A DNA stretch of 64,000 nucleotides from Thermoanaerobaculia bacterium. Its GTDB lineage: Bacteria > Acidobacteriota > Thermoanaerobaculia > Multivoradales > UBA5704. The stretch's first letter is position 1; the number at the start of each line of letters is the position of its first letter. The position numbers and the translations under genes were made by a program. Under the pieces are notes generated by a model. The model saw only the letters and a list, made by a program, of their open reading frames with translations, was not told the DNA's origin and did no database searches. Below, piece by piece: positions 41,520 through 55,700 of the stretch. The stretch lies in NCBI GenBank assembly GCA_036376245.1, contig DASVAS010000063.1, forward strand, positions 27,798-91,797, written 5' to 3'.

Positions 41520-42212
41520 ATGAGCCGGCCAGCGGTCGCGGCGTCCGTATCCCTTCCCTTCGAGCTCGTCATCGAAGACGGGATCCCCATGGAAAACAAC
41601 CTGCACGTCATCCAGTTCTCTGTATTGCGTGACCTGGTCGATGGGGTCATGAAGGACCGGGAACGGGAGGATTACTTCACCGCGGGAAACATCTTCGTCT
41701 ACTACTCCATCGAGCAGGCCCACGACGTGGCGAAGGGCGGCTCCTACTTCCGCGGACCGGATTTCTTCCTGGTGACCGGAGTTCCTCCCAAGCCCGTGAG
41801 GGAAGCCTGGGTCTCCTGGGAAGAAGGAGGCCGGCTGCCCGATCTCATCGTCGAGTTGCTGTCGCCCTCGACCGCCGACATCGACCGTACCGAAAAAAAG
41901 GATCTCTACGCGCGCGTCTTCCGCACGCCCGAGTACTACCTCTACGACTTCGACACCGAGGAGCTCGAAGGATTCCGGCTCGCTGGCAACGTCTACAAGC
42001 CGATGCGCCGTGACTCCCAGGGACGTTACCGGAGCGAGGTTCTGGGATTGGATATCGGGCTGTGGCGCGGCGTCCTGAAACGCCAGAAAGCTGAGTGGAT
42101 CCGCTTCTTCCATCCGGACGGACGGCTGGTGCCTACCCCAGAGGAACGCGCCGAAGCCGAACGCCAGCGTGCTGAAGCCGCCGAAGCCGAGTTGCGGCGC
42201 CTGCGGGCTCAG

Positions 42213-42236
<24 letters not shown>
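41520..42236 (+). CDS. Uma2-family (DUF820) restriction-endonuclease-like protein
   Basis: Trimmed to the ATG at 41520 (AAGGGAG SD). The pattern NIFVYY...PDFFLV...PDLIVELLSPST...DRTEKKDLYARVFRTPEYYLYD matches the Uma2 PD-(D/E)xK core. It has a coiled C-terminal tail. Confidence 0.8.
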
Positions 42237-43640
<1,404 letters not shown>

Positions 43641-43692
43641 CAGGCCGGCGATCTTCCAGGGCGTGAACGCGGGGAGGCGCAGGGTCCCCTCC

Positions 43693-44082
43693 CTACTTCT
43701 TGACCGGCGAGATGGAGCGGATGTAGGCCGCCGTGTCGCGGATGTCCTGGTCGGACAGGGTCTTGGACCAGCCGAGCATGCGCGGGGAAAGGCCGAGAGC
43801 CGGGCCGCCGTCGCGGATCACCACGTAGAGCTCCCAGTCGCTCCGTTTGGGCGTCACGGCCCTGAGGTCGGCCGGCGGCGGCTTGATGGGCAGCGTGCCG
43901 CGGCCGTCGCCCGTCTCGCCGTGGCACAGGGCGCAGCTCTTGGAGTAGAGCGGCTTGCCGCGCCTGGCGTCGCCCTTGAGCTTGAACCCGGGCGGCTCCG
44001 GCGGGGCCGCCCAGGCGGAAAGGACCGCGGCCGCCCCGGCGAGGGCGGCCAGAGAGAAGCGGAAAAAAAACTTCGTCTTCAA
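43693..44082 (-). CDS. Periplasmic mono-haem c-type cytochrome
   Basis: Track ORF 43693-44244 was trimmed to the in-frame TTG at 44082, which overlaps the TGA of the upstream peptide gene (TTGA). The signal is (M)KTKFFFRFSLAALAGAAAVLSAWA and the haem motif is CALCH. Confidence 0.75.
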   Translation of the reverse strand: MKTKFFFRFSLAALAGAAAVLSAWAAPPEPPGFKLKGDARRGKPLYSKSCALCHGETGDGRGTLPIKPPPADLRAVTPKRSDWELYVVIRDGGPALGLSPRMLGWSKTLSDQDIRDTAAYIRSISPVKK

Positions 44083-44309
44083 CGCGCTTCGAGAGCCAGC
44101 GAGTCGCGGAGCTGCCGGCGCAGGGCCGCCATCTGGAACACGGAGCTCTCGCTGGGGTCGCCGTCGCCGCGGGTGGCCTGGCCGCACTCCAGCTCGTTGT
44201 CGGGATCTCCCCCCTCCTGCGAGTCGCGGGTGGCCTGGCCGCACATCTCGAACCCGGGCCGGGCGACGGGGGAAAGGTCGATCATCAGGTCCCTCGATTG
44301 AAAGCTCAT
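44079..44309 (-). CDS. Small acidic peptide, paralog 1 (76 aa) of the kinase-associated peptide family
   Basis: The sequence is MSFQSRDLMIDLSPVARPGFEMCGQATRDSQEGGDPDNELECGQATRGDGDPSESSVFQMAALRRQLRDSLALEAR. The strong SD AGGAGGAG directly precedes ATGATG. The N- and C-termini are shared with 52412-52669. The longer track form (105 aa from 44396) is disfavoured because the paralog lacks that extension. Confidence 0.65.
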   Translation of the reverse strand: MSFQSRDLMIDLSPVARPGFEMCGQATRDSQEGGDPDNELECGQATRGDGDPSESSVFQMAALRRQLRDSLALEAR

Positions 44310-44400
44310 CATCTCCTCCTGGGGCGGAGCCCCGGTATCGAATCCCAAATGTCCTTGGACGATGAGCAAAATTGTACCAGATGCGGACGAATTCATGATT

Positions 44401-47970
<3,570 letters not shown>

Positions 47971-48135
47971 CTCCCCTCAGGCGCTTCGGGATTTTTGACG
48001 CCACCGCTGGAGAAAAACGGCGGTTCCGGATTATGATCACGCACGAGCAGAACGCGTAAATTTTGTCGCACCTTCAACACCGGCTGTCCGCTCCGCCGCA
48101 ACCGGGAGTTGACGCCACTTAACTCATAGGTTAAT

Positions 48136-48561
48136 ATGCGCCTCAGGGTGGTACGCCGTGGGTTGTGGACGGTTCTTGCGGTCTGCAACGAACGAGGGAA
48201 CTGTCCGCTCCTCGATTTCCTGTACGAAGGCTCGACTTCTACGCCCTGGGGACTGCAGCCGAAAGGCCCCGTGGCGAGCCAGAAAGTGAGGATGCTGGCC
48301 CGTCTGGCGGGAATCGCGGTGAACGGTCCACCCCGGAATCCGAAGATCTGCCACCAGATCGAAGTCGATCTCTGGCAGGTGGAGCTGGGGAGGGTTCGCA
48401 TTCTGTGGTTCTACGACCAGGGGCGAGTCGTGATCCTGTCGCACGGGTTCCTGAAGCAGACGACGAAGACGCCTGAGGCCGAGAAGCAGACCGCTCGTGA
48501 GGCTCTCAGGCGATACCGGGAGGCCAAGGCCAGGAATCAGCTTCGTATCCTGGAGGACTGA
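48136..48561 (+). CDS. RelE/ParE-superfamily toxin (HigB / Gp49-like)
   Basis: 141-aa ORF with the pattern ...CPLLDFL...ICHQIEVDLWQVELGRVRILWFYDQGRVVILSHGFLKQTTKTPEAE typical of Gp49/HigB-like toxins. It lies 1 nt before an XRE antitoxin gene. The exact start is uncertain. Confidence 0.7.
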   Translation: MRLRVVRRGLWTVLAVCNERGNCPLLDFLYEGSTSTPWGLQPKGPVASQKVRMLARLAGIAVNGPPRNPKICHQIEVDLWQVELGRVRILWFYDQGRVVILSHGFLKQTTKTPEAEKQTAREALRRYREAKARNQLRILED

Positions 48562-48562
48562 G

Positions 48563-48889
48563 ATGAGCGAGAAGAGCTTCGCATCCCTTTTCGAGGCCGC
48601 TGAACGCCATGACGAATACTGGACAGAGCGGGCCATCGCCGAGTTCACCGAGGATCTCTGCCGCTGGATGGAGACGCGGAAGATCTCCCAGGCCGACCTC
48701 GCGTCGGCGGCCGGCGTTTCCCAGGCCTACATCTCGAAGGTGCTGAAAGGAAACGTCAACTTCACCCTCGCGACCATGACCAAGCTGGCTCGTGCCGTGG
48801 GCGCCACGGTCCACGTCCATCTCTCGCCTCCGGATGAGGCGGACGGCCGGAAGCCGGCTGACAGGAAAGCCGCCGCTTCCGGCGCCTAA
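48563..48889 (+). CDS. XRE-family HTH antitoxin (HigA-like)
   Basis: The ATG at 48563 follows the toxin TGA by 1 nt. The HTH is ISQADLASAAGVSQAYISKVLKGNVNFTLATMTKLARAVG. Confidence 0.8.
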   Translation: MSEKSFASLFEAAERHDEYWTERAIAEFTEDLCRWMETRKISQADLASAAGVSQAYISKVLKGNVNFTLATMTKLARAVGATVHVHLSPPDEADGRKPADRKAAASGA

Positions 48890-51234
48890 CCCCACCCTTC
48901 CTCTTCAAAGAACGGCATCGCCGCGGCCTCCGGCCGGGCGAGGTCGGCGGCGAGGACCGCCACTCCCAGCTCCCCCTTGTAGAGGCTGTGCGGCGGATCG
49001 GAGGAGCGGGAGGTCTCCCGGGCGGCCCGCTCGGCGAGGTCGCGGGCGCGCGCCAGCCAGTCCGGACCGCCGCCGTGCTTGTGGAGGTTGAGAAGGGCGT
49101 AGGCGCGGCCGGCGAGGCCACAGCAGAGGCTGGCGTTGCGGCTGGGCTCCTCCCAGGCGTTCCAGGCCGCTCCTTCCGCCAGGGCGGCGTAGGAAGAGCC
49201 GCCCAGCATCCGGTGCGCCAGCGTCCATAGGAAGACGTAGCCGGCGCTGCCGTTGCACCATCCCGGCATGGAGCCCAGGCCCCAGCGGCTCTCTCCCCCG
49301 TGCCAGCGCCAGCGCAGGCCGCGCCCCCAGGGCCGGGCGCAGGCCCCCAGCTCGTCGAGCCTCTCGCGGAGCCGCGGAGGCAGAGGACGGCCGGCGGCCC
49401 GGCACCACTGGAGCGAAGCGTAGAGATAACCGGCCCAGCCATGGGCCATGCCGAGGACGGGGCGCTCCCGGTCCTCCGAGATGGGCGGAAGCGAGTCGAT
49501 CTCGCTCCAGAGCCCCGCGAGGAGATCGTCCCCCAGCTCCCTCAGCGCCCCTGGGACCGGCTCGCTCTCGATATCCAGCAGAAGAGCAGCCGCAAGGAGC
49601 AGACCCGAGCGGCCCAGAGTGAGATCCGGATTCTCGCAGGGCTGGCGGGCGGCCTGGAGGAAGGCGCTCACCGCCTGCCTCTGCACGCCCGGGAGGTTCT
49701 GGGCGTGCGCGATCAGCGCCTGCACGCAGAACGGTCCGGTGGCGGCGTGGTAGGGCGAGACCCGTCCGATGTCCACGGGCTCCAGCCCCTTCTCAGGACT
49801 GTAGAAGCTCTCGTCCGCGTCCCCGGCGGCCACCGCGCGGGCGGCCCAGAGCTCGGCCAGCGCAAGCAGAGAGGGGGACTCGCGGGTCTGCGCGAGGCGG
49901 TACAGCGCGCAGGCCACCCCGGCGGAGCCGTAGTTGATCGACGCCCGGGGCGGCTCCGGGATGCCGCTCTCGTAGAGATCGCCGCCCGGCTCCAGGCGCG
50001 CCAGCACCCGCGCCAGGAGCTCGTCCGCCGCGGGGGTCCGGGCAGGAACGTCTCCAGGCGAGCCTGGCTCCGGAACGGCGGCGAAGGCTTCTTCGAGAAC
50101 CGCCAGGGATGGATACCGGCGATCCGGGTCCTTATCCAGAGCCCGCGCCAGGATCGCCTCGACCTCGGGCCAGGGCTCGACGCCCCGGTCCGCGAAGGGG
50201 AGCGGCGGCTCGCCGGCGATCTGCCGCAGCATCGCGTCCCTCTCCAGGAGGAAGTCGCGATAGTGGGCTCCGGCCACCAGGAAGTACAGGAGGGCCGCCA
50301 CGGCGTACTGCTCGCCGGGCACCGAGACCTCGGGCGGCCGCCGGCCGGCCAGGGCCGCCGCCGCGTACTCGGGCTCGAAGAAAAAGGCGATGCCGGCGCG
50401 TCCCGGACGGGAGAGGTCCCCGGGGGCCTCGTCCCAGCGGGCGTAGCCGAAGTCCACGAGACGGACGCTCCCATCCCCCGCCACCAGGACGTTGCGGGGA
50501 TGGACGTCGCCATGGAGCACTCCGCGCTCGTGGAGCCGGGCATACGCCGCGCAGACCTCGCGGCAGAGCGCCAGGAGAGCCCGCCGTCCACCGGGTCCCC
50601 GCCTTCGCCATTCCCAGGCCGCGCTCCCCGCCTCGACTCCCGGGCACCACTCCAGAATCAGATAGCCCCGTCCCTCGGTCTCCCCCGTTTCCAGGAGACG
50701 CGGGACCGGCGCTCCGCCCAGATGGCGCAGGACCGCCGCTTCCCAAGTAAAAGAGAGCGATTCGGAACGCGCCACCTTCAGCGCCACCGCACCCTCCGGC
50801 CCCCGGCCCTGGTAGAGATCGGTGTCCTCCAGCTCCTGCACGCACTCCCGCACCTCGAAGCCGCCCAGCGTCTCCCCCGGCCGCAGCAGAGGGAGGATGC
50901 CCCCGGCTCCGGCGGCGCCTTCCGGGACCAGGAAGCCGGTGGCGAGGAGCCGCTCCAGCAGGGGATAGGCCGCCTCCAGAGTGGCTTCGGGATCAGCCTC
51001 GCGGTCCCGGCTGTAGCGGATCACCGCCTCGACGATGGTGCGCGGCGTCCGGAACTGCTCCAGCAGCTCGGCGGACGGGGCGTCGAGGATGCGCGACGGA
51101 GCGCGCAGGCGGGGATGGGTGAGGGCGAAGTCCCCCTCCTCGTGCTCGAAGCGGCCGCGCACGTCCTCCGGCAGGTCCGCGACCGGGACCAGCACCGCGT
51201 CAGGCAGCAGCAGCAGGGGATCGGTGACGGCCAA
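48886..51234 (-). CDS. Protein-kinase-like domain fused to LanC-like cyclase domain (CCG zinc-site variant), with ~110-aa N-terminal extra domain
   Basis: Track ORF 48886-51774 was trimmed to the TTG at 51234 (GGGAGG SD, 5 nt after the upstream stop). Kinase-like motifs are ALKVAR, HGDVHPRNVLV and VDFGYA. LanC motifs are GMAHGWAG, PGWCNGSAGYVF and SLCCGLAGRAY, followed by SLYKGELG. Confidence 0.8.
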   Translation of the reverse strand: MAVTDPLLLLPDAVLVPVADLPEDVRGRFEHEEGDFALTHPRLRAPSRILDAPSAELLEQFRTPRTIVEAVIRYSRDREADPEATLEAAYPLLERLLATGFLVPEGAAGAGGILPLLRPGETLGGFEVRECVQELEDTDLYQGRGPEGAVALKVARSESLSFTWEAAVLRHLGGAPVPRLLETGETEGRGYLILEWCPGVEAGSAAWEWRRRGPGGRRALLALCREVCAAYARLHERGVLHGDVHPRNVLVAGDGSVRLVDFGYARWDEAPGDLSRPGRAGIAFFFEPEYAAAALAGRRPPEVSVPGEQYAVAALLYFLVAGAHYRDFLLERDAMLRQIAGEPPLPFADRGVEPWPEVEAILARALDKDPDRRYPSLAVLEEAFAAVPEPGSPGDVPARTPAADELLARVLARLEPGGDLYESGIPEPPRASINYGSAGVACALYRLAQTRESPSLLALAELWAARAVAAGDADESFYSPEKGLEPVDIGRVSPYHAATGPFCVQALIAHAQNLPGVQRQAVSAFLQAARQPCENPDLTLGRSGLLLAAALLLDIESEPVPGALRELGDDLLAGLWSEIDSLPPISEDRERPVLGMAHGWAGYLYASLQWCRAAGRPLPPRLRERLDELGACARPWGRGLRWRWHGGESRWGLGSMPGWCNGSAGYVFLWTLAHRMLGGSSYAALAEGAAWNAWEEPSRNASLCCGLAGRAYALLNLHKHGGGPDWLARARDLAERAARETSRSSDPPHSLYKGELGVAVLAADLARPEAAAMPFFEEEGWG

Positions 51235-51239
51235 GAGGT

Positions 51240-52385
51240 TCAGGCCTCCCGCCAGAGCAGGGCGCCGGGGGTCCAGGTGGCCGGATCCACGCCTTCCAGG
51301 CGCAGGCGCTCCACGGCGAAGCGCCAGGGCTCGCCCTCCCCGTCCGCGCGCCGGGCGTCGAGGATGGCCCGGGCCAGCCGGCGCGCCAGCCAGAGCCGCC
51401 AGCTCTCGGCCTCCCCCGCGCTTTCGCCCCGCGGCGGATCGACGCCCCACGAGAGCAGACCATCCCCGCCGATCTCGGAGGTGAACGGCACTCCCTGGGC
51501 CGGCACCCCGCCGAGGCGTTTCGCCACGGCCGCGGCGGCATTGGCCAGCGGATCGAAGCCGTGGAAGTAGGCGACGATCTTGTCGGGGCGCAGCAGGCCC
51601 GGCGCGTCCGGTCCGATCTTGAACTGGTAGGCCCGCGCGTCCGCCAGGGCGTCGAGCACGGCGCCGAACGACTCCGCGAGGGCCTCCGGCGCCGGGCTCA
51701 CGTAGAGCTTGTAGGTCGAGCCCGCCCAGGACGATGGCGCCCGGTCGCGCCCCCGGGTCCCCCAGCTCAGCCATCCCTCCACGGCGAGGCGGGCCCAGCT
51801 CCGGTCGAGCCGCTCCCGATTGCGTCCACCGGGAGCGATCCCGAGATGGCCCTCGACGGCCTCCGCCGAGGGCAGCGTCCGACGCCAGAACGGCGTCAGC
51901 GGACGGCGGTTGAAGGCGTAGAGGCTCCAGGAGAGGCGTGAGACGTCATCCACCGGCAGGGCCTGGGCATGGCGGAGGGCGGCGAGGGACAGCTCGGCGA
52001 TCCGCCCGTTTCCCAGCTCCTCCCCTCCTCCGCCCAGCAGCCGGAGGGCGGCGGCGCCCGAGACGAAGGCGTCGCCGTCCGCCACCTCCAGCACGCCGTC
52101 GGCCACCAGACGGGCGACGGTTCTGCCAGCGGCCTCACCCAGGAGGCTGCGGGCGTAGGCGGGGATCGGCCCCGGCTCGCGCAGGGTCAGGAAGAGAAGG
52201 GCCGTATCGCGGTCCACGGAGCGGACGCCCAGATCCGATTCACCGCGAGGCCGCAGCACTCCGTAGAAGCCGGGCTCGCGGGCGAGCTCCGCCAATGCCT
52301 CGCGCTGTCCGGCGGGCAGGCGGTCAAACAGGACAAGGTCGTAGAGCGGGTTCGCCCGGAAGTCGCGGGAAAGGAGCCCCGTCAT
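51240..52385 (-). CDS. HopA1-effector-family-like protein (candidate phospho-Ser/Thr lyase)
   Basis: 381 aa. The C-terminal half has STYKLYVSPAPEAL...AYQFKIGPDAPGLLRPDKIVAYFHG, which I recognise as HopA1-like family signatures. The assignment is from memory, not from a search. The gene is tightly packed between the peptide and kinase-LanC genes. Confidence 0.55.
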   Translation of the reverse strand: MTGLLSRDFRANPLYDLVLFDRLPAGQREALAELAREPGFYGVLRPRGESDLGVRSVDRDTALLFLTLREPGPIPAYARSLLGEAAGRTVARLVADGVLEVADGDAFVSGAAALRLLGGGGEELGNGRIAELSLAALRHAQALPVDDVSRLSWSLYAFNRRPLTPFWRRTLPSAEAVEGHLGIAPGGRNRERLDRSWARLAVEGWLSWGTRGRDRAPSSWAGSTYKLYVSPAPEALAESFGAVLDALADARAYQFKIGPDAPGLLRPDKIVAYFHGFDPLANAAAAVAKRLGGVPAQGVPFTSEIGGDGLLSWGVDPPRGESAGEAESWRLWLARRLARAILDARRADGEGEPWRFAVERLRLEGVDPATWTPGALLWREA

Positions 52386-52411
52386 CTACGACCTCGACAG
52401 GCGACGCCTCT

Positions 52412-52669
52412 TCAGGCGAGCGCTCCCAACGTCTCCTGGAGCTGCTGGCGCAACAGCGCGAGACCGGCCCCCCCGGGGTCCGGCTGGTCGTAGTAGTTGT
52501 CCCTCGTGCGTGTGCAATCGTCTTTGTCCTGGCTGACGGAGCAACCGCCGCAGTCGGGCGTGGGCGTGCAGGCGCCGCAATCGGGCGGCCGAGTGCGGGT
52601 GCATCCGTCACATGGCCCGCCCCCCTCACCCGACAGACTTACCGTAAGGTCTCGGGACTTGAAGCTCAT
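52412..52669 (-). CDS. Small Cys/Thr-rich peptide, paralog 2 (85 aa); candidate lanthipeptide-type precursor
   Basis: The sequence is MSFKSRDLTVSLSGEGGGPCDGCTRTRPPDCGACTPTPDCGGCSVSQDKDDCTRTRDNYYDQPDPGGAGLALLRQQLQETLGALA, with 7 Cys. An SD GGAGG precedes ATGATG. It lies 26 nt upstream of the HopA1-like gene. Confidence 0.7.
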   Translation of the reverse strand: MSFKSRDLTVSLSGEGGGPCDGCTRTRPPDCGACTPTPDCGGCSVSQDKDDCTRTRDNYYDQPDPGGAGLALLRQQLQETLGALA

Positions 52670-52750
52670 CATCACCTCCCTGGGGATATCCCCGACAAGA
52701 CGATGAAAAGAGATGTTGCTGATTTTTATCAGGCTAGCACAGATCGACCG

Positions 52751-55700
52751 TCACGGCAGGGAGATTTCACAGATCTCGCCCTGATCGTCGGCGCGCACGA
52801 CATAGAGGGCGCGGTCGTCAGGGGCAACGTCAAGCCCGACAAAGGAGGAGCCCACGGGGGGCGCCAGGAGCTGACGGGAGGCTTTCGTCCGGCTGTCGAG
52901 GGCGAAGATCTTCCCTTCGTGGAGATAGACCAGATTCCGTCCGTCGTGGAGCCAGGTGGGCAGCATGCCGTGCCCGGTCATCTGCTCGTACCGGCGCGAC
53001 TCCAACGAAAAAAGGAAGATTCCGCGCTCCCCGGTGGTTCCGGCCAGACGCTTGCCGTCCGGCGACCAGGAAAATGCGAAGAAGGGGCCGCCTCTGGGGA
53101 TGTCGGGCAGCCGCTCCGGAGTCCGCTGCCGCAAAGGCCGGGCAGGATCGATCAACGCGGGTCCGGTGTACCCCAGGCCACAGACCAGCCGGCGACCATC
53201 CGGCGACCAGAGAGGGAAGAAGATCGGCTCCCCCCGGGTGGCGGTCATCTGCTCGATATCGCTCCCGTCCGGCGCGATGGTCCAGGCGTCATAGCGCCCT
53301 CCGCGGTCCGAGTAGAAGAGGATCCTGCGCCCGTCCGGCGACCATCCGGGATTGCGGTCGCGGAAGATGTCGTCGGTGAGCTGGCGGAGCCCGGAACCGT
53401 CGATCCGGGTGACGAACAGATCCTCCTGGGGAAAACCGGTGGCGAATGCCAACCATTGCCCGTCCGGCGAAACCCGGCAATAGTTCACCTCCCGATAGCC
53501 CTGGGTGACCGGTGTAAGCGGCCCGGTGACCGCCGGGCCATCGGGATCCAACCCCACACGCTCGAGGTACGACCTGCCCTCACGGGTGGCGAAGAGAATG
53601 CGGCGGCCGTCCCGGGCCAGGCTCATCATCCCGCTCCACTGCGACGGCGTCGTGATCGGCTCGGCTTCGCCTCGCGCTCTGCCCGTGGCTTCGTCAATGG
53701 GGAGGCGCCAGAGGTTCATGCTGCCTCCCCGGTTGCTGGAGAAATAGAGGTATTTCCCATCCGGCGACCACACCGGGTTCCAGTTGAGATAGTCGTCGTC
53801 GGTCACCTGCACGGCATCGCCGCCATCGGCCGAGACGGTCCAGAGCACCCGTTTGGCGGAGTTCAAGGGGACTCCCCAATAGGCGATCCGGTGCCCCCCC
53901 GGGGACCAGCTCGGCTGCACGGAATCGCTCGTGACCACAAGCTTGCTCTGTCCGGAAGCCACGTCCACCCGCCAGATCCGGCTGTCCGTTTTCCGTACAT
54001 CGGGCGCGCCGACACCCTCGGTCGCCACCAGGATCTCCTTCCCATCCGGCGACCATGCGGGGTTGTAGCCGAACCTCGTGACACGCTTGACCGACTCGCC
54101 CGTGGCGCCCATGACGAAGACGCCGCCGCCGTCCCGCTCCGAGCGGAAGGCGATCCGCTCTCCATCGGGAGAGAAGGCGGGATGAGTGTCGTCCACCGGA
54201 GAGTCCCCGGTGAGCGGGATGGGATTGCCGCCGCCGATCCGCTGGAGATAGATGTCGAGGTCCCCCCGGGGGGAGGTCCTGACGTAGGCGAAGAAGTCTC
54301 CGTCCGGAGAGAGGGTGGGGAACCACTCCCGCCCTTCCTGGTCGGTCAGCCGGTGGAAGCTGGTTTTGACCGGCGGGGCCTGGGAAGATCCGCCCGCGCG
54401 TCCGAGGAGGAGGTAGAGAACCCATCCCGCCAGCGCCGCCGCGATGAGGGCCGCGCCCCACCACCCGAGGCGACGCCGGCGCTCCAGGTCATGTTGCAGG
54501 GTGCCGGTGAGCGGCTGTCCCCGCAGCTCGCGCAGGATCGCCAGCGGCTCGTCCAGGGTGGGATAGCGGTCCGCCGGCGACTTCGCCAGCAGGCGCTCCA
54601 CCATCCGCGCCAGCACCGGCGGGACCTCCGGCCGGAGATGGTCGAGGGGCTCCGGGCTCGCCTTGAGGAGCGAGTGGATCACCGCCTGCTCGTGCTCGCC
54701 CCGGAACGGCCGGTGGCCCGCCAGCATCTCGTAGAGGACCACCCCGAGGGACCAGAGGTCGGCCCGGGCGTCCACGGTCTCCCCCAGGGCCTGCTCCGGG
54801 GCCATGTAGGCGGGCGTTCCGGCGGCGGAGCCGGTGCGGGAAACCGCCGCGCCCATCAGCTTGGCGAGGCCGAAATCCAGGATCTTCACCACGCCGTCGC
54901 CGGTGATCATGATGTTCGCCGGCTTGAGGTCCCGATGGACGATGCCGTTGCGGTGGGCCTTGGTGAGGCCGCGGGCGATCTGCTCGCTGATTTCCAGGAC
55001 CTCCTCCAGCGGCAGCGGTCCGCGCCCGATCCGTCGGCGCAGGGTCTCGCCGTCGTAGCGCGGCATGGCCAGGTAGAGCCGGCCGTCCACGGCCTCCCCC
55101 AGCTCCAGGATGGTGCACAGGTTGGGATGGTCCAGGGCCGAGGCCGCCCGGGCCTCCAGCATGAAGCGGGCCTTGGCGTCCGGGTCCCGTGTCAGCTCCG
55201 GCGGCAGGAACTTGAGGGCCACCACGCGGGAGAGCCGGGTGTCCTCGGCCTGGTAGACCACCCCCATGCCGCCGCCCCCGAGGTATTCGAGCACCCGGTA
55301 GGGACCGATCTTCCGCCCGATCAATCCCTCGCCCGGCACCTCCGGCAGCGCGGGCGCGGCGTGGGTTGGCGAACGGGGCAGATCCAGGAGGGTCTGGTCG
55401 CCGTCGTCTCCGCTCCGGGAGGTCTTCAGACCAGGGGTCAGGTCCCGGAGCTCCGCCAGCATCCGCTCCATGTCCGGAGGGCGGTCGTCCGGGTGTTTGC
55501 TCAACGCCCTTTCCACGATCCTGTCGAGAGCAGGAGGCACGCCGGAGCGGAGGGCGGACATGGAGGGCGGATGATGGTGGAGGATCCCGCGGACGATCTC
55601 GCGCTCGTCGGAGCCTTCGAAGGGGAGGCGGCCGGCCACCATCTCGTAGAGCACCACACCCAGGGACCAGACGTCCGCGCGGGCGTCGGCGGCCTCGCCC

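Noticed and set aside
44365-44379. Sigma-54-like motif TGGTACAATTTTGCT upstream of peptide 1
   Set aside because: The GG-to-GC spacing is one nt short of the invariant -24/-12 distance. The motif is better read as an extended -10 (TGgTACAAT) sigma-70 element, itself low confidence.
48109-48136. Sigma-70 promoter TTGACG-16-TTAATA for the toxin gene
   Set aside because: The -10 hexamer overlaps the annotated ATG at 48136. Either the promoter or the start is therefore wrong, and I could not resolve this from sequence, so it is not listed as a feature.
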